Shown: piece after piece, positions 21,592-32,000 of the stretch
How positions within the stretch are numbered: the first letter of the stretch is position 1
Layout: each line of letters starts with the position of its first letter
Origin: Trypanosoma brucei
Taxonomy: Eukaryota
DNA length: 64,000 nucleotides
Assembly (NCBI GenBank): GCA_000002445.1
Contig: CP000069.1
Span: forward strand, 224,001 to 288,000
Direction of reading: 5' to 3'
Position numbers and translations under genes: made by a program
Notes under the pieces: model-generated
Databases searched by the model: none
Told to the model about the DNA's origin: nothing
Seen by the model: the letters and a program-made list of their open reading frames with translations, nothing else

Positions 21592-22647
21592 TCAGCTATG
21601 ACCCTTTACCGCTTGTGTCATTATTGGAGAAGCCGGAAAGGCGGCATTTTTGCTTCCCGTGAAGTTACTGAAGGCATGACCGCCACCACCACCGCTGCCA
21701 GGTATTGTTGTGCTGTTGGGGGTCCCTGCTGACGAGGAATCTTCACAGAGCCCATAAAGCACGCCATTGTTTGCTACAGGTATATTGGAGTTAAAACAGT
21801 CACGCAGCAATTTAAAATAACAATGGCCCGTCAGCAACGAGTCGCTGCCCGCCTGATGAGCCATGCCGAAACGCCGCACGCGGAGGCTATCGGCAAGGTG
21901 ATCTAATCCCAATGAGTGCGTTAACTCGGTGGAACGCAAGAGATATTTGATATCATACACGCACGGGAAAAGGGCATGGAAGGTTTGTAGGAAATCCTCT
22001 TCCTTTTCTGGTAGGTCTTTTCCACCCACTACTTTGATCAGGTATCCAAAGTCGTAACCGGCGTGGAAGGCCAACCAGCGAATGTCGGGATTTAACACGA
22101 GTCCGCTGGAGATGAGCAGCTCTGCGAAGTGCGTCACCTCCACGCCATACTCGGAGAAGTAATCGAAGTTAATGCCACCATGACACAACAACTGAATACT
22201 ATCCTGCGCGTACACATCCTCTGTGAGGCAGAAGCGGAAGTTGAACTGCCACGTGCAGCAGTTCTCGGGAACCTCGCCCTTCTCATTGAGAAGTGTAATG
22301 CCTAGCTGAATCATCTTCAGTAAATTCACATTGCACCGCAGCGTTTGGTAATAGAACTCGTGCGTGGATTTGAAGTTACCGACAGGTTTCGCTACTACAC
22401 CGGGAAACTCAGTATCCATGGCCACAAATGGGTAGTCTTTGATAAGCGAACGGATTATACCAAACTCCTGCTCTAAGTTATCCTCCCACACATCGCGAAT
22501 CATTGGTGATTTACTAAGTGATGGAATGAGGGAAACATTTCCCGCCTTAAGAGCAGCCGATGGAAAACGTTGATGGGGTTGAGGTTGCGGTTGCGGTTGC
22601 TGCTGTGCGTAGGCTCCATAATGTGTCCCGCCACCATACTGCATCAT
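21592..22647 (-). CDS. CAF1: CAF1/POP2-family deadenylase (CCR4-NOT complex catalytic subunit), 351 aa from first ATG
   Basis: DEDD-nuclease CAF1 signature (IRDVWEDNLEQEFGIIRSLIKDYPFVAMDTEFPGVV) with conserved downstream blocks (FHAGYDFGYL, HQAGSDSLLT). The track's start at 22668 is GTG; the first ATG (MMQYGG) was verified at 22645..22647. Confidence 0.9.
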   Translation of the reverse strand: MMQYGGGTHYGAYAQQQPQPQPQPHQRFPSAALKAGNVSLIPSLSKSPMIRDVWEDNLEQEFGIIRSLIKDYPFVAMDTEFPGVVAKPVGNFKSTHEFYYQTLRCNVNLLKMIQLGITLLNEKGEVPENCCTWQFNFRFCLTEDVYAQDSIQLLCHGGINFDYFSEYGVEVTHFAELLISSGLVLNPDIRWLAFHAGYDFGYLIKVVGGKDLPEKEEDFLQTFHALFPCVYDIKYLLRSTELTHSLGLDHLADSLRVRRFGMAHQAGSDSLLTGHCYFKLLRDCFNSNIPVANNGVLYGLCEDSSSAGTPNSTTIPGSGGGGGHAFSNFTGSKNAAFPASPIMTQAVKGHS

Positions 22648-22707
22648 TTTCCCGTTTCCCGTTTCCACTTTCCCTCCTTTTTACCTTATAAGTTATTTGT
22701 AGTGGTA

Positions 22708-22710
<3 letters not shown>

Positions 22711-22741
<31 letters not shown>
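22711..22741. repeat. (AT)15 microsatellite
   Basis: Direct reading. Confidence 0.95.
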
Positions 22742-22743
<2 letters not shown>

Positions 22744-23647
22744 TAGATTTATTTATTTATTTTTTTTCGTTTTGTTATTATTTAAAATGAAACAAACAAA
22801 AAAACAAACAACAACAAAAAAATTCGTTCCTTTTCTTTTTGTTTCGTTACTACCTTCTGCAACTTTTCCTTCACCACGGAAGGTGGATTTAGTGTGTTTG
22901 GACGCTTAAACTCCTTTCAGTGACTGCGGAACAAATAAGCAAAAACAAAAACAATACCAATAAAAATAGAAGAAGATTGAAGTGAAGGAGAAAAAGACAA
23001 ACAAATAAGAGAAGCACAGTGTGCCATAAGAAGATGGAATAATAACAGATAAGATATTAAATGGAGGTGTCGCCCGTACGAAAGTGAGAGAAAATTTACG
23101 TCAAATGAACCGCACGAACCAAAGATGTCGCGCCACACGAGTGCACAACCAAGAGAAGCGCCGAAAAGTTTGTACGCATACACCGCTGTGCATGACCGTA
23201 TAGATGTGTAACACACGCCTAAAAAAATTGCTTCAGAGTTTACCCTCATTCCTCATAAGGGAACATGCACATGCACATAAATGTATACAAATGTATATAT
23301 ATAAATGTATATATGTGTGATTGTGACGACATTGAGGGGAAGAGAAAGGAGCCGTGCAGATGCATCAAGTTAGCGAATCGGGTAGCTCAATGCAACAGAG
23401 GGAAAATAACATTTACTACATCGAACATCACCAACCTCGCAACATGCAGCGCCTCCGCTCTTCCAAACCCATAGACCAACTGCATCCTCCCACGCCTTCC
23501 TTCTCTCTCTTTTTTTTTTTCATTATGCCGTGTTTGAGCTGCTGCCACTTGGGTGTGAAGAGGCCAAATCATGCGGCAGCATCACCGCAAAATAATACAA
23601 CAGCCTCCAAAATATTTCTCTCTTTTTTTTTTTTTTTGCACATACAC

Positions 23648-25387
23648 TCAGAATGTGCCATCTGGATTGACCCATGCCATTTCCGCTCGCTCCAATCTTT
23701 TGGCCTCCTGCAACTCCTCCATAATATTCAGCTGCGCCAGCTCACGCACGCCGACTGGAGTGTCACTTCGCATTAATTCCCACAGTTCCTTTTCTTTCCT
23801 TTGTATTGTCGCCGTGTGCATCGAGTCATGCGGGAGCGTCAGCGTTTTTGCTAACACATTTTCTTTATTTTTCACTCCTTTATTTCCATTTTTCCAATGC
23901 TTATGATATGCATCCCTGCGACTTGCCTGGTCCAATGCATTCACATCAAGTAGTAGTGAGCGGACAGACGCCTGCACAACGGCCCACCGGTCCTTCTCAA
24001 TTATTTCTGAAGAATTCGATGGCGGAGATTCGGGCACGGGCGCGGGCACGTCGGCGCAAACACTTCCGTCACCATCACCACCACAAACATCAGCGGAGTG
24101 ATGGTTTCGTGCGGCGCGAGCAAACGCCATGAGCAACTCACTTGGATCATCCTCCCGTACTAGTGAGGAGACAAGTGTTGCAGCTACGGCAAAACTGTCA
24201 TCGTGCCTTGCCCGTTGCGCAACACACTGCAAAACCAATTCCTGTTCTTCTTCACTAAATGTCGTGTGTGGCAGATCACGAAACTCAGGAAGCAGCTCAT
24301 TTTTCCTTGCGCGAAGTAACACATACAATAAATGCCCTACAGTCCCATCTTGTGCCAGGAAGTGTGTCAGTGCCTTTACAGTTTTGGGTCCACACCGCAT
24401 TCCCTTTTCCCTTGCAAACACCTCAACCGCAAGTACGACAGTTCGCTCTGCCAACGTTACGCCCAACGCGGCAGCTGCGCGGATCACCTCCCACTTCCGC
24501 ACGTGACTCAGCGTCAAAGCGTAGTAAACAAACATTCCATGTGCGGCTACTGCGTCACTCCTGTAGGCGGTGTGCAACCGATTACCTAAGCGCCGCTGAA
24601 GCAACAAACCCTTCGCTGAGTGCGGCACCGAGCCGTCTTCCACTTCAATGGGATTCAATGAGGGATGTTGCATCAGGGAGAACACCGTCACATCGAATGG
24701 TGCACTACAATCGGCCATGTATTTGGCGTATGTTAGGGCCTCATCAACTCTACCGCTAGCTGTACAGCAGTAAACCCATGCTGAGAGCACCTCCGGCGTC
24801 GTTTGTTGTTGTTGCTCCATGCGGCCGAAAAGCATTTGACATGTTGTGAAGTAGTCCGCATCCAAAGTGCAATGGTAGGCGGCCATGCAGAGCAACGTAC
24901 GAAGCAATACCGAAGGCAGTGCAAACTGCTCCTCCGGTGGATTCTGCAGCGAAGCAAACGTACAACTCTTCATGAAATCCTCATAAATAACATGTGGAAG
25001 GGGCGCATCGCGCGCCCTCAGTACGGTGGGAAAGAGGAGGAATAAACTGTGCTCTGTGATGTATCTGAGAGCATCGTGGTAAGGAAGGTGCCCTATTATT
25101 GTTTCCAATGCCTCGTGGGTCGGAGCCCGCCACAATTCCTCCTTTTTGGGTAAATAAGTACTGTTTCGAACGAGAGGTTTGAGCGCCGGCAGATTCAGAA
25201 GCCATTTCTTGTTGAAAGTTCCACAGCGCTCGGCGTCAAATCGAGGGGAATGTGGGAGATAATATGGTGGGTCAGGTAACTGTGTTCCATTAGCACTAAA
25301 TGCACCGGCGCTATCACTATTGCTTGCGGAACTAATGCGGCAGCCTCTCACGGTGCTGTGAGGGCGGCGGAGGCGGCGTATTAACAT
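23648..25387 (-). CDS. Hypothetical protein, 579 aa, with Arg-rich N-terminus resembling a mitochondrial presequence (MLIRRLRRPHSTVRGCRISS)
   Basis: ATG verified at 25387; long intact ORF; alpha-helical repeat-like central region. The function call is weak. Confidence 0.7.
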   Translation of the reverse strand: MLIRRLRRPHSTVRGCRISSASNSDSAGAFSANGTQLPDPPYYLPHSPRFDAERCGTFNKKWLLNLPALKPLVRNSTYLPKKEELWRAPTHEALETIIGHLPYHDALRYITEHSLFLLFPTVLRARDAPLPHVIYEDFMKSCTFASLQNPPEEQFALPSVLLRTLLCMAAYHCTLDADYFTTCQMLFGRMEQQQQTTPEVLSAWVYCCTASGRVDEALTYAKYMADCSAPFDVTVFSLMQHPSLNPIEVEDGSVPHSAKGLLLQRRLGNRLHTAYRSDAVAAHGMFVYYALTLSHVRKWEVIRAAAALGVTLAERTVVLAVEVFAREKGMRCGPKTVKALTHFLAQDGTVGHLLYVLLRARKNELLPEFRDLPHTTFSEEEQELVLQCVAQRARHDDSFAVAATLVSSLVREDDPSELLMAFARAARNHHSADVCGGDGDGSVCADVPAPVPESPPSNSSEIIEKDRWAVVQASVRSLLLDVNALDQASRRDAYHKHWKNGNKGVKNKENVLAKTLTLPHDSMHTATIQRKEKELWELMRSDTPVGVRELAQLNIMEELQEAKRLERAEMAWVNPDGTF

Positions 25388-26034
25388 TGAGGACCAACCA
25401 AATATCCTCCTCTAACAACAAAGATTAAGCGAGAGAATAAGAAAAACAGGATGCAGCAAAAAAAAAAAAAAGGATGAAAAGACGCATTTGGGAAGGGCAT
25501 GCAGAGCGAAATCATGCGGCACCACGGGGACCGGAAGCATATGTGTAGAATCAGCAGCGGCTGCCGGCACCTTGGCCGGTGTGCGCGTCCACAGCTTCTG
25601 TTCATTCTTTTCTTTTTTTTGTATGTTACAAGCGTATGTACATCCCGCGGTGGGCACGCGTATATATATGCACCCAAGTATGAAGAGACAAACAAATGTA
25701 TGTGCTTGCCCTCAAACTCCAACACCTTTTTTTTCTCGCCCTCTATCCCAACGTTTCAACTTTCTTTCCCTCTCACTGTTATTGTTCAATTAGCCGCAGA
25801 AAAAAGCTCTCCGTCATAATCTAAAATTAAGCGAAGATGAATGAATAACAACAATAGCCACGAGAGAAAATAAGCTGTACATGCGACAAATTATATGTTT
25901 AATGCCATGCTTACTCATCTAAATTTCCGCCTTCCTCTCTTGTTCCTTGCACCTTTCTCTCTTTTTCCTTCTTTACTTTTTTTTTTTCAATTCTAATGAT
26001 TAGTGTACATCCTGAACATCTCATATTCTATCAC

Positions 26035-29000
26035 TTATGGGTGTATAGGCCGACCGCTCACCTTTCCAATAACCTTATATATCCATTGCATTTCTTCCGT
26101 GTCAATAATCAGCGTTCCCTCAGGCTGCGGCAGCCTTGCTGTGGGGGAAAATAGAACCTGCATTGTTGTTGCCGCATTTGCGTTTCGCTGCCCAATAATA
26201 AAAGGAGGAAGTACACCCTGCGGCACCCCCACTGAGAAATCACGTGAGCTGTCAGGGGTAAAGTAGGCTGTAAAAGGAGAGGAATGCGGGTAGATGTTGT
26301 AAATATCAAATGTGATGGTGGAAACAGCGCGGAGGGTGGATTTGACGACCAGCGTATCATCAACATCAGCGCGGGAGGCTTCCAGAACAATAGAATAGCG
26401 CCAGACCGATTCCTTTTCGGCGCGAACTACGAGATCCGCCATTGCAACAAAAGGGCGGAGAGGGACAAATCGTATATCCAACTTGAGCATCCCTTCAACC
26501 TCCACAGTAGGGTGCACTTTGAAGAAGAGACTGTTGCGAACCGCGCTGGCATACTGCTGCCCTCGTTCAAGATCCAGTGTTATGGTCACATTGCTCAAGT
26601 TGGCTGCCGTCATCCCTGGGGCGACCAACTCAACTGTTTCCTCCACTTTCTTCCGCGCTACACAACGGAACCGCAGCGGTTGATCGTGGCTGCGCCACTC
26701 CGCCAAACCCTTCAATGGGAAAACCCACGTCATGTCCTGCACTTCTTCCGACAAAAACTTCGGCTTCACCAAAACAGTGGCATTGTGCCGTCCTACAGTC
26801 TTGGGTTCGTACATCACCACTATAGAGGCTTCAGTCGCTGGTGCTATTGGCGTACCGGGAAGCGACTGTGCGGCAGCGGAATAGTAATTCATCTCTTCGC
26901 ACTTGACCTCGACGTCCGGCATCATCGGAACGCTAAACGGGTTCTTGAACTTGAGCACAACGGAAACTCTTCCCAAAGCTTCGCAAACGCATTCCACCGG
27001 CGCAAACTCCGCAGGAGCGTGGCCTACACCCCGGCAGTGATAACACCACTCTGCTGAGTCGAGGTTGAGAAGTTTGATCATGGCCTCCTGGGGCCTTCCT
27101 ATAGCTGTCGGTTTGTACACAATATCGATAGTTAACTCCGAGTATGGAGGAACCCTCGGGTTACTAGGCACAACCGAGAAGTTGTCGTGGTTGGTGTTGG
27201 TGACGCACAGCGGCAGCTCGTTCGGGGTATTGTTCGGGATTCGTACCTGCACCGTCTGCGGCACGCCGATTTCGCTTGAGAATGCCACTTCCTCCGGCGC
27301 AGCATCCTCAACCACAATGTCCAATTCGTACCAAAACTCCCCCACCTCTTTGTTGAAGAACGTCAGCCTCCCCGGGAACTTGCCAGTACGTGAGGGAAGG
27401 AACAACAGGGAATACACAGATGGTTCACTCGGCTCCACCAAAATGGAGTTTTCTCCGAAGAGCCCTACGCCGTAACGCCCTACAGTGAAATCAATGGTTT
27501 TGTCCATGGGGTTTTGGATGCTCACGTAGGCTGTTACGGGCGTACGCGTGTCCGTGCAAATGTTGAGCGTACCTTCCTTTTCAGGAGCGCTCACAATTAT
27601 GGTGATACCATACCACGCGAAGTGACCATTTGGAGCCCGGCACACAACCGTTCCGTTGAATGTTCCACCCATAAGAGGGTGAAGTATCAAGTCGTACTTT
27701 GCATTTGTGCCCCTCCGCACAAGCACTGTCGGCTTTCCTGTAGCGAATGGCAAGTCTGTTTCCACCGTATAGTTCCCATCCATGTTGTTGATATCGGGAA
27801 TCGTCAGCGTCTCTATTCGTTTCTCGCGTGCCCTACACTCCACAGTAATTACATCCTCACAGAGCGGTTCCACGGATTCTCCATACAGCATGAAGGTTCG
27901 GCGCTCACCCGTCTCCCGATTATGGAGTGTGAGGGTTCCCGTGTCCGATGAAACCCATGCAGGGTTGTATCGAAGAAGGTACTCACGGCTTTTGCCGCGT
28001 GGAATGCGGACCTCCTTCTGTCCACTGAAGCAGTCACCCTCGATAGTGGCTGTAATCAACCAACTTTCCTTCGTGTTGTTGACGATGGGCACGCGTTGCA
28101 CAATAGATTGCCGCGCTGGGCATGAGAAACGCAAAATACTCTTCTCACCTACAGGAATACCCTTACCATGAAGAAGAATAGTCCGTACGTCATACTTCGA
28201 TGCGAGAATAATATACCCATTGTAGTCACCAACGACTTTCGGGCAGAAGCTGAACTGCAGTTCCAGCATTTGGTCGCCGCGGGTGAAGAAAATACTTTCG
28301 GGACCTATGAAGAAGGGACTGGGTCCAACAAAAGACTCGTTCACGAATGTGACACTGTAGGGAATATTGGTGAGCTCCGGCATTGATGGCCCCTTAACAA
28401 CTCGCGAGCTTGGAAACCGGTTGCAATCCTCCACTGTGTTCATCATACGCTCGAACTGTTGATTGTGCAATTTCAGCATGACTGTGTTGTTACACGCTTC
28501 ACCCACCTCCGCTCGCGTAACAAACTTTTCTATTGGTTTCGGTGGTATACACGTGCCAATGAGCACGATAGAGAACTCACCCAGCTGAACATCGTGGAAG
28601 GTTACCTGTGCTTCGTACTGACCACGGGCGCACGGAGCAAACTGCACGCTCACTTTAGTAGGCTCCCCCACGTTGAATGACACAACACCGGCCGATATGT
28701 AAAAGGCACCCTGTTGCAGTTTGCCAAACTCTCCTTCAGAATATCCTCCATCGTTTTTGTATTCCTGTGACAGTCGTAAAGTTGCCACATAGTTCTGTGC
28801 GAATGGGTTTTCAACGCATATTTCTTGATGCACCACTGTATAGAGTGGCGCCTGCAGGTGGACTGTACGCAGAGGCTCCTCACTTGGCAGGGCGACGAGA
28901 TGAAATACTAACGGCATCCGTTCCTTCACCAGGTTCTGGGCACTGTCAACAAGTACGCATTCCCCTTCCAGTCGTCGGTTAAAGCGAAGAGTCACCTCCA

Positions 29001-32000
29001 GCTGTAATTGGAAGGTCCCCCCTGGGTCCACGGTGAACTCCCTCGGAACCGCACGGAAAGAACAGTTGCTCATTTCCACGGTGTATACACGGACCGTGTT
29101 TGAAGTGTTCTTCACTTCAATAGTGTGAGTGGCAGGTGAAAGGAGTTTCCCCTTCAACACGATTGTTCCCGTGGGAATGAAGCGCGGAAGGTAGTGAAAG
29201 AGTGTTGAGAGCAGCAACAACCAATCCAGCGGGCCATACTGCAGTATCTGCTCAACGCTGCTAAAGGATGACGGGAACCCCACGTACACCAGTGCATTGG
29301 TTAGCAGACTGATATTGTTCTCTAGGTCACTTTGTGTCACGGTCTCTGGAACAAACCTATCAGCTGACACGTACGCCGCTGCAGAGGGTACAAAGACAAA
29401 TATACACGCGGCTACCGCGACACAATCCCTCAGGTCTTCAAACCGCCGGATAGGAGCCCGGGTGTCCTTTAGCATACCCTTTTTGATGCACTGGCGTAGG
29501 TTGTACGTTGCCCAGTAAAGTAAGATGTTTTCCATACCGCTAAATACGTTGCTACCGTAAATAGCCGTGGACAAAGACCCCGCCTGCAACTCCTCTACTG
29601 GCATATACTTACCAAGCGAGGGGTATTGAGCCAGCATGCTGTCTATCCGCAGTTTGGCAAAGTAAACAACCCGAATGAATTGCAGCACGACCACCGTCCA
29701 GCAGTGTGTAGACCGCTCCGTGAAGTTCGCTAAGGGAATAGCCTCCGCATTTACCTCTTTTTGGTGGCGACAATATGCCTCATATGTCATCAGGTAGATT
29801 ATCTGTACTTCACTTAGGCACCCACCGTTAAGCTTGAGGAGCGACATTAACGACTCGAGTGTAACAAGTGTTCTGCTAGTCGTGCTTTCGGATGAATCTG
29901 GAGCCCGAGATTGCTTCTTTACGCCCATTCGACGCGCTGCATCCAGAAGTAGTCGTCCATCGGATAGCTGTAACGCAGTGACGAGGTTCGCGACGGGCTC
30001 AAGGAACACGTTATAATTCAGCCACAACCGCAGACTTTCCTCACAACGAACGTAAAATTCAGGTGCGATGGGCTCCAGGTACCGTGGTGGAATGGGCTTC
30101 ACTGAATTAGACCTCACATACTGTGTCTCCCCGCCAACTTTGCGCACCTTGTGGCCGCCGCCGTCAGCAGCAAGCTGCCAGCTGTCTATCTCTCGGTAAA
30201 TTAACGGCTCCTTCCACTCTTCATCACCACGAGATGATGCAATCTTTGAAATATTGGCATTCTGAATAACGTATGGGGCATTGGTGAGGAAAGAGTTTAT
30301 GGCGGCTCCCCTGAAGGGCAGGGTCAACGTCTCCCCCTTGTTTGACGAGAACTTGATGGACGACACGGCAGAAACCGGCCACTGACTACAGAACTCAATC
30401 TCTACGGGGATGCGTCCCATCAGCCCGGTGGAAGTACCGTTGGGGAACGTGATGGTGAGCGGCCCGGAGTCTATTGTGTGGTACGACAAATTGATGTGAT
30501 CGAAACCATCATTCGTAATGATAATACGCCTCCGAACGGTTATGTTCAGGGGGATGGGTGGAAAAGCAAGCTCCTCCACGTCGCACAGGAGACGGGGCAA
30601 CGCTGCAAAACCACTCATTGATAAATCTGCACAATGCCGAAGTAAATCACCATCCACATAAATACCGTAGAGCTCGCGCCAGTTACCCACACCATCGGGT
30701 ACGAAAGTTACGCTCACCTGCTCGCTCGCATGCGGTGCCAGCACGCCACCGCTGATACTCATGACAAATGAGCTAACTCTGCTGCTGACGGGGCTCAGTG
30801 GGGTTCGGCCCTCAGCTGTGGGAGAGTCTTCATTGTTCCGTATCGGTTGCAGCCTCCAGTGGACACTCACACTCGACGTGTTCTTAATTGTCACTGTTGC
30901 AGGAACGGAGGGACTGTCCACCACAGTACAAGGGAATTTCAAAAAGCGGGGAGTGACGGCCACCCTTGATTGCAACGCCTGCGCAATGATCACCAACGGC
31001 ACCAGTGGGTTTTTAATATCTGTGCCCACATGCCTCCACGACACAAAGAAACGCCCACCATCCTCTGCGGTTGATACGGGCCGGTAGACGAACAAAACAC
31101 CTAATTCGCTGCAAGGTGGAATGATTATAGAGGCCATGCCGGGCTCTCGCTCACCTGGCCCACACCACTGCAACATTGTCGGGGGATCTGTTGAATTGTT
31201 GTTTGTAACGGTGGCGTCGTGGATTGCCGCACTGTCCACATCGGCAGCGCACTCAACTGCAAACTCCATATGTTGTCGCAAGTCAACGAGGATAACACCG
31301 TCAACATCGCTTGTGTTTTTGAAACGTACCGGGAGGGCCTTTTCAGTGCCGATGTACACCATACCAAAGTCGAGGATGGCCTCTGTATTTTGCCGGTGTG
31401 GCGTAATGACTTCTAAAAGTGCGGCACAAACATCCACAGAAACTGTCAACTTCAGTGGCTTCTTTATTCCACGCACGCAGCAGTTCATCACGGTACGTAG
31501 GGCCTCAGGTTTTTCATGATACACCAAGAGCGAGATTTCCTCTGACTCGCGGGGCCCAACACGGCCACTCTCCGGGGAGACAGTCAACCAGCTTGGTACA
31601 CCGTCAAAGGTAAAGAAGGCGACGTTCTTCCCTTTATTGTGTAGTGTGATGCTCGCACGTGTTCCCCTCCCCGCAGGGACTTTTTGCAGCTCAATGAGGG
31701 CCTCTGTTGCGGAATGATGCTTGTTCCAATCTTTCTTCCCCTGTGGGGAGACCACTGGTGTACCACCGGCAGTTGTGCATTTTCCCCATGCACAAGAAGT
31801 GACTGGGACGGCACCTGTGATGTTAAGTGTCTTCACTCCGTCGGAACGCTCCACCTGCAGCCTCGCGCACGCGCTGGCGGTGATAATGCCGTATGGAGGA
31901 CTGAAAGACACATAAGCCGTTACTTTGCTCATTGGTGGAATCGTGCCGCTCATAGGTTCGATGGCAAATGGACCGCTACCACTACCTTTCCCGCTGCCGG